The translations under genes and the position numbers were made by a program. The notes below the pieces were generated by a model. The model was not told the DNA's origin and searched no databases. It saw only the letters and a list, made by a program, of their open reading frames with translations. 64,000 nucleotides of DNA from Gordius albopunctatus (taxonomy: Eukaryota): NCBI GenBank assembly GCA_964276515.1, contig OZ193909.1:19840001-19904000 (forward strand). The letters run 5' to 3'. Shown here in pieces: positions 39,061 through 54,200 of this stretch. The first letter of the stretch is position 1. Each line of letters opens with the position of its first letter.

Positions 39061-39627
39061 GTCTTCTTAACACCACATCCATTAATACGGGTTTTCTATA
39101 ATCAAGCAAGAAATTAAAAGCTTATTCAAAAAAATAGGATGACACTGATGGAAAGAATTTGTAATATTGCTTCTACTTGAGGTGAAATATCTAAATGACA
39201 ATCGCCGGGCAAATGAAAAATCAAATGACTATTTATTATTATGTTCCTCGTTCTATACACAAAATTAATACCTTTATCATTTATCTTATTATTCTAAAAT
39301 TTTGTGCTATCCCATCACGGTTTTATAAAGTGACAGAAAAATAGTAACTATATAAAAATCACTGTTATGATGCCCGACCAGGCGTATTTGAGAATCTTAA
39401 TTTAGCCTGCCCGGCCCTTGGCCGAGTGGGCTCAGTGTGTCTGACTTTTTATTTGTTTAATTTTTATTTACAAATAAAATGTTTTAAAAAATTTTTGGCA
39501 GCTTTCCCTCCCCTTGAGAAAATCCTGGCTATGCGCCTGATATGGTTTGTGTTTGGGCTGTCATTATCGGAATTTAATTTAGACCTTACTGGCCATTTGT
39601 TATGTGTTGAATACTAAGCCATTTCCT

Positions 39628-40025
39628 CATGGGCGTAGCCAGCTTTCGGATCAGGGGGGGGGGGGGGGGCGAGCAAAAAAAATCGCCGAGACTAAGTGAG
39701 AGCAAAAAAAAAAAAAAGGTCGCCAAGACCTTTTTTGGTATTTAACGTTAGTAATCAACAGTACAGTGTACAGAGGATATGTAAACGATGTATGAAGGAA
39801 CTAACACAAACGCAACTACTAATCTCAACATTTAATTCTTATATAATTTAAATTTGCGTCAAAAGGTCGTGAAATAAAATTTTCAACATAAAACTTAATT
39901 TTAATCAGGGGGGGGGGGCGAAACACTAATTTTTTCCAATTTTTACATAAATTTACATTAAAAAATAGAAAAATTCTCATTCAGGGGGGGGGGGCGGCCG
40001 CCCCCCCCCCCTGCCTACGCCCATG
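39628..40025. mobile_element. Young hAT-type MITE, copy B
   Basis: Perfect TIR CATGGGCGTAG; 8-bp TSD CATTTCCT; small internal deletion relative to copy A. Confidence 0.92.
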
Positions 40026-41099
40026 CATTTCCTATGTGTTAAACTAAGTTTTTTTTTATTAAAATTAATATGTGTGTATGTGACGCTTGGCAAAACACAT
40101 AAAATTTTCAGGAAATATATCTTTTGCTAAATTAATAAATACTGTTGCGAAACGAAAGTTTTAAATCTAAAATTGTTTCAATTAAATTTACACTTTTGTG
40201 GGGTTTCTCACACTCACACCCCTTACCTCCTCTCGACTCGAGGGTTAAAAATATTGCACTCTTTAAAATTAGACATGTTTAATCAAAGTACGCAGGAGGG
40301 AGCAAATGCAAAATGATCACTTATGCAAATTGTAGCCTTAATTTTAATAAATTTCAACAAATATTTGGATTAAGAAGATGGCTGGAGCTCTCCCGTACTA
40401 TATTAAAAAACGTTTATTTCATTTAATATTATGGGTGGTCGGATCCTGGAATATTTTTTGTGCAAATAGGTAACAGTGGTTTTCTACACTATATTAAAAA
40501 AAACGATTTTTTTTGTGTGGGGTCCTGGAAGACTCAAGGTATTTAAAACACTCTGCATCTTAAAAACTATTCCAAAAATTGAGCCGAATTTTGCTGAAAT
40601 ATTCCAGGAAAATTTTTAGTATACAGCAATCATAAAAATTACTAACTTGCTTTGTACAGCATTTTAAAAAGTTTTGAAGTGCTAATGTAATGACCCAACC
40701 TAACCCAATGATATATTGTTTAAATATAATATTTGATCAAAAATCGCCAATATTTCCACAAACAGTATTATAAGGATAAAAAAGAAAGAGATTGATGTTC
40801 ATCCGCAATAGAATATAGTTCTACATAGAGCAGACGATTCCGTCAAAGGATATTAGTTTATCAATTATGTGCGAATCTCGAGACAATTTGTTGCTAGGCA
40901 AACCCATTTTTTGCGATACACAAAGGAAAGTCATACAAGAAAACTTAGCATTAACACGCAAAAGTAAACTATAAACATTGTGATTACAAATATTTCGATT
41001 TTTAGCTTTTATTACCGAGTTAAATACAAAGGTAAATTCTAACCATTTCAAAATTAGTTGGTAGAGCAAACAAAACTAACGTAAATAATAGCAAAATAT

Positions 41100-41769
41100 T
41101 GAAGGTTGGAGCTGCTATTATTTATTCGATATCACAAAATCTCTTATTTGCTCCACCGCCCCTCCCCTCCCTCACCCTTATTACTCTGCTAGCTAGGCTA
41201 GGCCGTCGTAAATATAATACCCCCTAGGGATGATAAAAATGAAATGCAAACAGCACACCATCTGGTTGCGTGTGTGTTGTGTATACAAATGACGCGAGCA
41301 GCAGCTAAAGCAGTGAGGGAGGAGGGGAAGGCGGGTGGAGGCAAATATAGCAAAATAATACAAACAACCTTGCCTCAAGCGAAACGCATCTGCCCGCCCC
41401 CCCCCCCCGACTCTTTATTTTCCATCGCACTCCACTATCTACCTACTCTTACAGTAGTATTATTTGTATTTACAACACAGCCTGTACAAAAAATTGATTA
41501 TTTTCTTCCTCCTCTCCTAACCATTTCGACCTGACATATCGCACAAACACAAAACAACACTCTGTTTTTGTGGTTGCGTTCGTTCTTGCACTATATTTTA
41601 ATTCCCATCCATCATACGATATCATCATCATCCCCAACAACAACAATTGTATTCGGGCCTCGCCTTATTTATAAATATCATCATCGTTAACGGTTTGTCA
41701 GTTGCTAACACCAAAAATAATAACACAACTCGCGAGGTATATATATAGCCGAAGTGAAATCATCATAAG
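41100..41769 (+). promoter_or_regulatory. Probable FoxP promoter and non-coding first exon
   Basis: Repeat-free and relatively GC-rich, with purine/pyrimidine tracts, ending in a splice donor AAG|GTAAAC at 41769/41770 upstream of the first coding exon. Inferred only. Confidence 0.4.
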
Positions 41770-44700
41770 GTAAACTACGACGAATTATAATTTTATTAGT
41801 ATAGTTTAAATGCTTCTAAATATTTGTTATCGTTTTTACCACATTTGGTCATGATTTAAATTAAATAGGTTTGGTAAATATATAGGTATAACATTGTTCA
41901 AAATTTATCCTAATTAAATTATTTAAATTATACAGATTTTTAATAACAATTTTAAAAATAATTCCTTTTGCACATGACTAGGTTAACGATTATTACGAGT
42001 CTCTAAAATTATATTAAATTTGCTCTAGTGTTTATCTTATGATTGATGCGTTAATTAAATAAAAAAAATATTTTCATTATTATTATATTCAACTCATTTT
42101 TTAATTGTTCAATATGTTTGTACATTAAATTATATATAAAATGTGCTTTTTGTGGCTCCCAGGACCCCCTTTAGCTTGGGAGATCAAACAAAACGAGCCG
42201 GGCTCTTAACGCAAAAATTTTATTGAATTTAATACAATTATGGCTAAAATTACTGAAAATTATTATTTTTCTCCTCCCTAATAATTATTGCCCCCCCCCC
42301 CTTATCCAATCCTGGCTAAACGAGTCTCAATTTTAGATTGAAGACAATTAAATTTATATATGACGTCACTATTGCGCATACTTTTTTGATAACACAGCTG
42401 AACGCCTTTTAATTGTCCAGCTGTTTACTTTAAATATGAAATTAAAAGCATATTTATGCGTTAACAAAAACATTTTTTAACTGAAAACAGATTTATTTCT
42501 GAGAAGACGCGACCGCAGTTTTAAATATCTCACCTCAACCTAATTTATCCCTGGGGCCAAAATTGTAACAAATATTTTACATACCTCCCCCCACCTATTC
42601 ATTCGTCCAAAAAGTTTCGTTATAAAATTTTAAGCAAAGTTATATTAAAATAATTTTGATTTATTTTATTCGATATTTAATGTATACACTAGTTTTTGAT
42701 TATTTAGCCAGGCCTAATTCCTTAGGGTGGGGCAAAAGGCCTAACCTTTTTTACCCCTCATTCAATAAAAGGTAACCACCCTCTTTTGTTTACGCTCTAG
42801 CGACGCGCTTTAAAGCAAACAACACAAATACAACCTTTTCACCAAAACGACTCCTTTCTATTTTAATTCCTAAAAAGCCAAAGTTTCCCACCTTAAATCA
42901 GCTGTTTCTATTTAAAATTTCGACGCATCGATGACGAAGTTTCTGAAATCAGCCGTTCGAACGTCGAAATTGAGTTCATCTCGCTCCCCTTGAAAAATGA
43001 AAATGCCTCTTATACCCAAAAGCCATTATAAGGTTGGCAAAAGGTGTCATAATAATTCACCTCGCCATTATTCCCAGGTCTCCTTAAGTAAATTGCAAAA
43101 AAAGAAATTTAATTATTTCTAAAATATGTTTTATTTTTTGCGACACAGACTAGTTTGGGGCAGGATTGATTTGTAGAAAAAATATTTATAATATGAAATA
43201 GGTCGACTTGTTTATTTTAACCTTGACAAACTTCATTTTATTTATTTTTGGTTAAAAAATGTTATGATATTTTAAATTTTATTATCTTTATACTCGATGC
43301 TTTTTGGTTATTATAATAAAATAAATGAATATATCAGAAACGATTTTTGTATTTCTTCTAAGTTAAACGTCAGATTAATGCTTGAGAAACAATACTTTTT
43401 TTAAAAATTTATTTTCACTTTAATACATCATCTCAATTGATTTTAACGCAGACGACTTTAAAAACTACTTACAAATTATTAAATACCTTTAAATAATAAA
43501 GAATTCATTATATTACTCCTATAGAAAACTTGATTTTAATATTTTCTTATTAGTATTTATTGAACATAGTTTCATAATTTTAGGTTTTGATGTGTGAATT
43601 TGAAATACCTCTATAATTGCGCAATTAGGTCATTTGAGTCAAAAAACAACAATAAATTTTTGAAATTTTTTCCTAGTTGCTCCTTAGTTCAAGTTTGACA
43701 CATTCTTTCACACAATAAAGCAGACCAAGCCTTTTGCCTTCGCCTTTAAGACCGTAGGAAAAATTCTTTTTGCACTTGTTCCATATTCATTGTTGATATT
43801 TTAATTTACTTTTAGATGAGTACATATTTATATTGTTGTAATTGAGTTTGAACTCTGACTTTTGTTGGTGCATTGTGCTATGCAAACCCAATTTGATTAT
43901 TTTCATTTACCAATTATTATAAACAAATTATGCTGTACTACAATGAATGTTTTGGGGAATGTCAGAGTTAGGCAATATAAATATAGTATAGTTTATAATA
44001 TTTAATTTGGATTTATAAGATTGTTAATTTTTTTAAAAAATTATTTCAGATTGAAAAAATGTCCAAATAAAAAGATTTAAATTTAATCATTTTAATTTTT
44101 CATTAATATATATTATTTCAATAAAGACTTGCTTAATTATATCACTGCATACACATATATTAATGATTTTATTATTCATACATAAATATTAATGCAATTT
44201 AAAAGTAAAAATATAAAAATATGATTTTCATCTATCTCTATCTAATAATTATTTTTTTAATATAAATAATATGTTATTGTCCATATGTTTTAGACTACTT
44301 TTTTATTTTGTTCAACACAAGCAGTGTATAAATGATGCAGAATTAATGTGTTTTTTTGAGAGCATGAATTGAAAGCCATTGTTTTACAACAGGCTCATGA
44401 ACGTGATTAATAGACTCATTATTTACAACACAAAATTCCCCTCACACTATTTCTAAATCTTCACGTAAATTCAATTATAATTAAAATATCATCTTTTTTG
44501 AATCAAGGATTATAAATTTTACTTTATTAAAAAATCGAATATTAGGCACAATCCAGCGTTTAAATCGTTTGGTTTTTTTTCTGGTTTGCATTGTTTTTGC
44601 CAATTTCTTTTTATTGGCACTTTCACTTGTTTTCAAACGCTTAGCCTTTGGAAAAAATTAACATTTGTTTATCACGTATTATTGAACATAAATTACTAAA

Positions 44701-45228
44701 TATCTTTAAGGGTCTAGCTAGGAAGTCAGAAGAGGCAATTCCCCCCCCCAAATTTTCTTAAAAAAATTCTGGAAGTTTCATATAACTATAAAAAAAACTT
44801 AAATTTTTAGCTCTATTTATTTTTAATTTATGGATGGAATACCCGTTAGAATTAAGAATATTGTATTTGTTCAACATTTTTTACTATTAATAAGTTTAGA
44901 AGTCGAAATTTTTAGATTTTGTAAGACAAGTCCATGAATTGAGAATCCTTTATATTTAACTTGATTATTATCAACATTATCAAACCCTTCTTATATCAAA
45001 CAATGAATACTTTTATATCAAAACTAATAGTATTCAAATTATAATCATTTTGTTAAATTTATAGTGGTCATCATAAGTATAAATGAATAGAAAGACCCTA
45101 AAATAGCCTATACTTTGTTTTTATTTACATTTTTTTATTCAAAATTTGAAATATTTATTTTATAATTAATATAACTTTCTAAAGATATATAATATATGTA
45201 TATATATAATTTATCAGGGGCTAGTAAT

Positions 45229-48200
45229 ATGATATCAACTGCCCCAAATTCTAACACAAACATGGAGGCAACAGATTTTCAACAATTTTTGCATCACCAC
45301 CAGCAATTAACGTCCGAACAATTGCAACAATTCATACAACAATTCACTAACATGCAACAAAGTCACGTAAGGAAAAATTACAAAAACCCACGGGCTTAGC
45401 CGGGGGGGGGGCAGTCGCCCCTCCATCTAAATCCAAAAAATCGTTATTAAATTAAATTTTGAAGATTTTTTGGATTTAGAGGGGGCAATTGCCCTTCCCT
45501 ATCACCGCCTGGCTAGGCCGATGAAGCAATATATGTTGAAAACAACAAAGTAATTGTTGAATGAATCTCTTTAAACAAAACAAAAGCCGTGGCACTATGA
45601 GCTGATACTTTGAACTTGAGCCAGTTAAGGAGTCTGTTAATTAGTGGTTTTGTAGACATTTGAACTAAGACTAACCCCTCTTGCATTAAATTTCAAAACT
45701 TAAAATCCAAATAAATGTCTGTGCACCATAAGTCAGATTTGTTTAAACTTTTCTCCCCGAACCCGGCCGGTCCAATTTTATAACTTAACTGCTCGCTCGG
45801 GCTCACCCGAACCTTTCTAAAAGTCCGCCCGAACTGCCCGGACCTAAATGCCGTTTTAAAAATTTATTAGCAGTACTATCCGTTATATTTTTCAAACGTT
45901 TTTATTTTAATTTCCGTTTTTTTGTATAAGAACAAGGATTAACAAACTAAAAAACAGACAAAATAATGCATGAAAACAAGTCATATATTTTTTAAAAATA
46001 TAATTGAGTCCGAAGGCCGGGTGGGCAGCGTGCCTGAATTTTCTGGTTTCTGCTATGAACTGAGATTTAAATATCTTTGTTGGGGTGGGACACATTTAGT
46101 AGCAAGCAAGCATTAAACAAAACTTAGCAAAAACGCCAAAAAACTTGGCACAAAATCAATACATTATAAACCTTACAAAACACTTACACACACATGCACG
46201 TTTAGATGCAGGAACTGTTTAGTAAGCAGTACAAACAAGTCATCCAACAGATCCAAGAACAACTCCAATTAAATCTCCTGCAACAATCTCAATTGCTGCA
46301 ACATCAATCGAGTTGCGACAAAGATTTCGACCCTAGCAGGCTCCAACACCAACTTCAACAATTGGCACTGCAGCAACAACAACTCATTCAACAGGCACAA
46401 GCCATTCAACAACAATTCCTATCACAACACGCAACTATCTCTGCCCTCGCCCCTACCCCCACCCTTAATAGCAGTAATAATGCCTAATATTGATTCCATT
46501 TTGGCCCTTGGCTGCATAAATTTTTGCGACTCTTTCTAGAAGGTTCCCCTAAAACTCCAGTGAAAATAAATTAAGACTGGCGGTCCACACTGGTCCCTTT
46601 TTTAAATTTCGACCAACCCTAGTGGTCGACAAAGAAAAACAGCCCAAAAATATTTGATTTGCTTATGTTTAGCCCACTAAAACCAAAGGTGGACCAAAAA
46701 ACCCACCACTTTTTACAACACTAGTATGAATGCTTAGTTTATAGTTAAATATATATCATAATCTTGATCAAATTTAAGAATTTAGATTTTTAAATATTAC
46801 AAAATTCGTTCAAATTCTAAATGGTTTGACAGGGTTCAAAAGTATTTACGCCATTTAGGCTTTTTACAATTTTTTCCGATGGAGATAGATCTTACCTATT
46901 ATTTCAACAAGATTCTATGATTTGGGGACAAATACTAGAATTTTTATTGAATATAGCGTCACGAACCAATTTTTTAAATAGCCGATTTTTGACCTTTGGG
47001 CGCTCACAACTCGAAAAATGGTGGCCCAAAAGAGGCTATATTTTCGAAAATTAATAGTTTCACTCGTTTTAACATTTCTACCAAGATTTATAAAAATCTG
47101 AGGGGGTATGACATGGAATGTTTGCTTTTTGGGCCTCTCTTTATAGACTGACTTTTAGTAAATACTGCTTGGAATTAAATTGATTAAAATAATTTGCTTT
47201 ACGTTTGTCATGAATAACACGTACACGTAAAATGATGATTTCCTTATTTACAGTGATATCACCGCGCAAGAACGGGGGCATTTCTAGCACGGGAGTCCTC
47301 ACGTTCGGAAATTCAACGGCTCNNNNNNNNNNNNNNNNNNNNNNNNNNNNNNNNNNNNNNNNNNNNNNNNNNNNNNNNNNNNNNNNNNNNNNNNNNNNNN
47401 NNNNNNNNNNNNNNNNNNNNNNNNNNNNNNNNNNNNNNNNNNNNNNNNNNNNNNNNNNNNNNNNNNNNNNNNNNNNNNNNNNNNNNNNNNNNNNNNNNNN
47501 NNNNNNNNNNNNNNNNNNNNNNACTCACAGTCCAGCTACAGCTTCGTTAAGTAGTGGCGTCATCCCTCCCAGTTTTTTTGGGCCACTTTACGGGCACGGC
47601 CTTTGCAAGTGGCCGGGGTGCGAGGCCCGGTGTCCGGACTATCAGCAGTTTTTGCGACACGTTAACAAAGAGCATCAACTAGACGATAGGAGCACCGCCC
47701 AAACTCGCATTCAAATGCAAGTGGTCAATCAATTGGAACAGCAGGTATAAATGCAAGAAATCGTTAAATTTCATATTTAATTATAATTAAACTTTTGATG
47801 GCCTTCTATATTAATCCGATCCTTGCTACTATGATAGGCAGCACCCTAAAATGATTTTTTAATTGTTTTTTATCAATACTATGATGGCACCATGTGTCGG
47901 AGGTCAGATTTGATAAAATAAGCTTCTACGTGTCCGCGCCGGCAATGCCCGAATCATTAAAACCGCCCGGTCCGAAATGATGATTTTTAAATCTAGGATC
48001 CCAATTATTTTGTTATGTGCTTTTACAATTTTTTAATTTAATTCTCGTTTTGGAACTAGGAACTAGGATTGATACATATTATACAATCCAAAAGTGACAA
48101 AATAATGCGGCAAAGCAAAATAACACACTTTATAAATAAATCTCTTCATGCCCGCCCAGGCCGGCTTAAAAGTCTTATTGGGCAGCGCCCCGGGTCGGGC

Positions 48201-51200
48201 TTTTCTAGTCTCTGATATATATTACCTATAAATAAAATGGAAGATATTATCAAGTGATCAGAAAAATAATGAGACAACAGTTTAATTAGTTTTTGTCCTA
48301 GCTCCGTCCCTTATCCTTTGCAGAGTGTGCGGAGCAATTAATTTTCGCGCTCCTAATCCTAGGTGACAATTTACTTTTTAACCATATATAATACAAAGCA
48401 GCGTTTTATATCTCGCTCGCTAAGATTTGAATTTTTAATTCTTTAGAAGTTTTTGCATATTTCATATTAAATTTTGATAAGGTAAAAATTCTTTTATATT
48501 TGTGGTGAATTTATTTAAATATAATATATATTAAAAAAATTAAACAGTTTACATTAAATAAAGATTTTGTCGTTATGCTATTTAGCTGGCCAGAGAACGA
48601 GAAACATTACAAGCCATGATGTTTCATCTGCACATGAAGCCTTTGCTGGATCAACAGCAACAAATTAAAGACACCACATCTATACCCTCAACGCTGAAGC
48701 AGTACAGAATGCCATCGACGCAAGCATTAACGCCTCAAGTAGGAGAGTCAGCTCCTATTAAAGTAGAAACGCTATCACCCTCTGCCCTACTCAATTACGC
48801 GCCAAAAGGCAATGCTCCTACTTCTAGCGTCGTCACTTTTGACTCGCTAGCGTCATACGCCGCAGCAGCAGCGGCTGCAGCTTTGACTCCTGGCGCTGGG
48901 AATTTAAATGCAGCCGCGAGCGTTTTGACGCTACTCAATAGCTTGGGTTTGCAACAGCAGCAGCAGCAATCTCAGGCCCAAGCCCAAGCTGCTCTCTTAC
49001 TCAGCCCCCGAGCGTCAGCGTCGAACGCGCTTCAACTTCAAATCCAACAGCTTCGAGATCAACTCGTAGCTTCGCATCAAGAGAGCAGCGGGGTCAATTG
49101 CAGCGCTGCATCGCAGACGCTCTTACTCATATCGCCAAACGCCGGAGTTGGGGATTCATGTGGGAGCTTAAATGGTAGAGCTAGTCCCAGCTCTTTAAAC
49201 GCCCAAAGTCCTGGCGCCGCCTCTACTACAACGCTCGAAGCTCAACAAGCTTTAAGCCTGCAGATGAGCGCAGCCGCGGGTCACTTCTTAAATAACGCCT
49301 CTAAGGGTACGACGCTTACTCCTAATTCGGGCCCCGTCTCAGCCAATGCCTCCAGAAAAAGAATGGGCTCCGAAAAAGGAAAATGTTAGAATATATTGCA
49401 CAATAATGTTTCTAATACTTGGGTACTAATTAGTCAGCCCACCTCTAGGTTTAGTCCAAATTTGAAAAAGGAAAGGTAGACAAAACGGTAATAAGTCGTT
49501 TTATCGTTGACTTGACACTACTCCTAGTTGAACCAAAGGTGGTCCCTTAAATAAACCCCATCACCTCTTTTTACAGCACTACGTACACATCATACACATA
49601 AATATGAAGATAAATACTCGATTTGTTTAGCGCTATCGCATTTGGAGCTTTCTAAAAACCGGGATTTTTACGCTACGAACGATATCAGGCCGCCCTTCAC
49701 GTACGCTAGTCTCATTCGGCAAGCTATAATAGAGTCGGGGGAGCGTCAATTAACGCTCAACGAAATTTACAATTGGTTCCAAGCGTCGTTCGTTTACTTT
49801 CGCAAAAACGCTGCCACTTGGAAAAACGCCGTCCGTCACAACCTCAGCTTACACAAGTGCTTTGTCCGGGTGGAAAATGTGAAGGGAGCCGTGTGGACAG
49901 TTGACGAGAGCGAATATTACAGGTGCCCTTTTTAACGCAGCGCCATTTTGAATTTAACAACTTCATTCACTTCGCATCACTAGATTATTGACTAATCGAG
50001 TTTCTCTTAAACTAGGGTAAGACTATCATGATTTCAATTTATATAAATATAGACTGTGTGTGTGTGCAAGGAATCATGTTTAAAGTTGTAAAAAATATTA
50101 TTTTATCGCCTTTCACTCTATTCGTCGACCCCTTGTTTGGTCTGTTTATGTTTAATCGACCTCTAGGTTTGGTCGAAATCCGAAAAACAGACCCGAGTCG
50201 AGCGTTAGTCTTAGTTGAACCAAATGATCGACCAACACTGGTTATAAATCATCATTTTTACATTTTCCAACTCCAATATGAGACCAAAAATCATCATCAT
50301 TTTTACATTTATCGTTTTACCCGTAAGCGTTTTTTACTAGGAGCAGAAAGAGAGGGGGGGGCGTAATAAATTTGTCAAACATTCGTTCAAATGGATGTAT
50401 AACGCGTAGCCCTCGTTGTTTTAGCCCTTTTAGGCAATGGAATATTTTGTTGATAACAGGCGTCGATCTCAAAAACCGCAAAGTATGGGAGGTGGTAGCA
50501 TGATTAGTGGTACGATCAAACGTCAACCTCAGAGTGATCTCTCTACTTCTCTGGATAATACCGGAGATCTCAACCAGACCAACCCTATGATCGGGTGAAA
50601 TACACTTTGCTACATTTAACAATATTTGTAAAATATTATGAGATTTGGACTCTTTAAATAATAATAAATGGACCACTTTTTTAGAGAGCAATATTTTTTG
50701 ATTATTTAAAATTTTAAGACTAAAAGACACACGTGGGCTTTTATGTTTGACAATAAATCATTTCGCAAAGGGCAAACTAGTTTTTCCGTGTATAGTTCAA
50801 ATTTTTCTTGAATCATATCTTTATCGACAATATATTTATTTCGAATGCTTAATGGTAATTTTATGGGTTTTACACTTATTACTAAATTTGAAGATTTTAC
50901 GGTAATATCTAATTTATAATTTTTTTTTAAATAACGGCAGGCATGATAAAGATGGCGGCAACAGGCTGGGAGATATGTCGGGATCACCCCTGTTTATGGT
51001 ATTTCACGATTATTAGTTTAAATCAATGTCGTGAAAACAGGTAGATTTTGTTTGCTCTTCCTTCGGTTCAACTATGACTAACACTCAACTTTGGTCTATT
51101 CTTCAAATTTCGACTAAGCCTAGAGATCGATTACGCTTAAACAGACCCCATCCAACCTTTGGTCTAATTATTTTATCATGTTTTGTCGACTGAATCCAAA

Positions 51201-54200
51201 GATCGATCTAGCAAAACCCAACCATTTTTACGATAAATTTGAATCCCGTTTTTTCACTATCTTACAAACTATATATATTTTCCTCTGCCAATATATAGGA
51301 TGGGGGCAGCGTATATCATTCATCAGTGATGGGCGATACTGATATGGGAGAAGAGGAGAGACGGATATTAACGCAAAATGTGTATGTTTATCACTTTGAA
51401 ATAGTTTTGTCAAAAATTCCATTTTTTTTGTTCAATATTTGTCATTTTTGTGCTGAGCCAGAGACCAAAAATCTTTGGTCTGCTTATCTTTAGTCCACCA
51501 AGACCACCCCGTCCTTTTTACAGCATTACATTTGATTAAATTATACCGAACTTAACGATGGTAATAGTTCAGGCTCAATCATAGGTGTAGCCAGCATTGG
51601 AATCAGAGGGGGGGGGAATGATGATTTTTTGAAATTTTAGCCCCATAATATAAGTAAATGGCAACAATTTTTTGGATTTAGAGGGGCGCAGGCTACGCTT
51701 ACGATTCTAACTTTTTGCTCGTTTTTTTGCATGGTTTAGCATGGATTTATCCCAAGCCTTGATCAAGCAAGAAAACATGGAAACGGGCGAGGGGCAATCC
51801 TGTTACCAACAACAAAGAGACCAAGAAATCATGGGTGAAAGTGGGGTGGATCCTGGCCTGGAGGAGTTGGATAAAATGAGGGAAAATAGTGAATTAGGAG
51901 ATGGGAGGAATAGTGGGAAAGATCATGACAGCTGTCTTCCCACCTCGGCCGGGCACGACCTTTATTATTGTTCATCCCTACAGAGGTCACCAGTCTCCTT
52001 GTCTTACCATTCTAATGGTAAGCCCTATTGTTGTAAGCGTGGCTCGGTTTTGTTTGGGCCACCCTTGGTTTTAGTCGACTAAACATTAGCTGACCAAGGG
52101 TTTTTTTTGGTTTGTTTTCCTTACTCGACCCCTAAGTTTAGGAGACCAGAGTCGAGCGTTAGTCTTAGTTGAACGGAAGGTGGACTAAGGGAAACACAAC
52201 CGTTTTTACAAAACAGAAACGGGAAAAACACCCACTCTTCCTACCACGAAGGGCTTAATAGTGTCAGAGGGCCGGCCCTCTAGTTGTAAAAACGGATGGG
52301 TTTTCTTCAGTCCACCTTAGAGGTCGACTAATGACCAAACAGATTAAGATCTCTTTGGTCATTACTAATATCGAAGGTTGATCCAACAAAACCCAGCCGC
52401 TTTAAAGTAATGACCTTTAATATTTTTATATGGTTTCACAGTAATGTTAATTTTGACGAAAGCTATATGCCATTTGTTGAATCATGAATTAGCGATGTAA
52501 AACTATTTTTTAAACAGTCCAAACAAATTTCATCAATATATTATGTTAGTTTAAAAATAAATTAATATTTGATCTGGGAAAGTTGATTATTTTCAAAGTT
52601 GTATTATCCGCCTGAACCCGTATATTTCTTTTAGGCCACCACAATATTAAGGGTCGTTTTTTGTGTGAGTAGCAGATTAATTAATTTTAAGCTATTAATT
52701 ATAATTAGTAGTGTTAAAAGTCTAATAAATAATTACTTCTTTTATATATTAATACTTTTGATTAAGGGTATTTCACTAATGTTTTATCCTAAAACTAAAT
52801 ATTTTGCGATAAAACTTGATGTTTTTTACGGTTAGAATCGTTGTCAACTGGTCTAATGACGCGACGTCATAGCATGCCTGCTAGAAGTGTGGATGATCAA
52901 GATGCAAATAATCATTCTCGCCTTATTTTTGAAACTGGTCAAGACGGAGAATTATTGCTGTCTTCGGCTACTATAAGACACATCCAAAACCAAAGTTTTT
53001 ATCCATACATATTTTTTATTTTTTTTTTAAATTTAAAAAAGAGATAAAGAAATTTAATATATATGTGATTTTTGTTTTTTTTAACGATAATATTAACAAA
53101 AACATCGTTTATTGACAAATCGCTTAATAGTACAATATCGGATATTCACAAACATTTTCGAGTCCTTAAATCAACCAGATAATTATATAAAATATCGTTT
53201 TATTGCGAAGCGTAAGAAATAAATATTTAATATAATGTACATATACTTTTTTCCCACCGTTTAATCGCGAATTATCGGTTAATCGCGAAAAAAAATTAGG
53301 CCCAAGGCTTTGTAATTAAACGGTTTTGACTGTAATGGTTTATTTCCAAATCATTGTATGTATGAATAGTGTTTTGAACGGCTGGGTTTTGTTTAGCCTA
53401 CCTTTGGTTTAACAAAGACTAACTAACTCTGGTTTCTTACTAAACCTTTGGCCTATTTATGTTTACTCTACTAAAACCAAGGGTCAATCAAATAAAACTC
53501 AGCTACAAGTGTTCGGTTTTCCGTTTCCTTAATCTTTTTCAATGTAAATATACCCGTGTTTTTTCCACGGAAAATGCACTAAAATATAAAATACGATTTT
53601 TTTAAAGCTTATTTTTTATATCCTTTGTTTCATCGTTTATTTCAAATAAAATTATTTCATATATTTTTTAGCCCCATGCAGCGACGGGCAAATGGGAGAA
53701 TATGAGAATGGGGCACAACAGGTTAAACAAATGATAATTTTACGGAGTTTAAATCCCAATAGTCCCTCCTCCCCTCCCGGCCAACATTATTTGAGACAAG
53801 AGCAGCAAAATATGGAGATGCAATGTCCCGTCGAGACGACAACTTACATACATTCATTCGTAAACACAGCTGATCAAAGTGCGCTGGACAAAATAGATGA
53901 TTCGAATTGTTTAAATCACGACGATAGTTACAAACTCTTAGATCTCAATCAACAAGTATTTTGTGCAAAATATTTATTTTTTTACAAAAGAGGCAGAAAA
54001 TTGCAATAATTTGATTTTTTTTCTCCAACTAGTGATTACTGTTTCAAAAACGACTGGGTTCTGTTTGGTCGACATATGGTTTTAAACAAAGAAAACCCAA
54101 AGATTTTTCGGTCTGTTTTCTTCGTTCGCATAAATAGACGAAATACCATTAGTGCTGGTCTCCTTTTCTTTTGAGGACTTTCAATGTCATTGAGATTTTG

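Noticed and set aside
47232..47750. Using the ORF across the N run to infer exon length
   Set aside because: The 200 Ns are a placeholder; the true length and any hidden intron are unknown.
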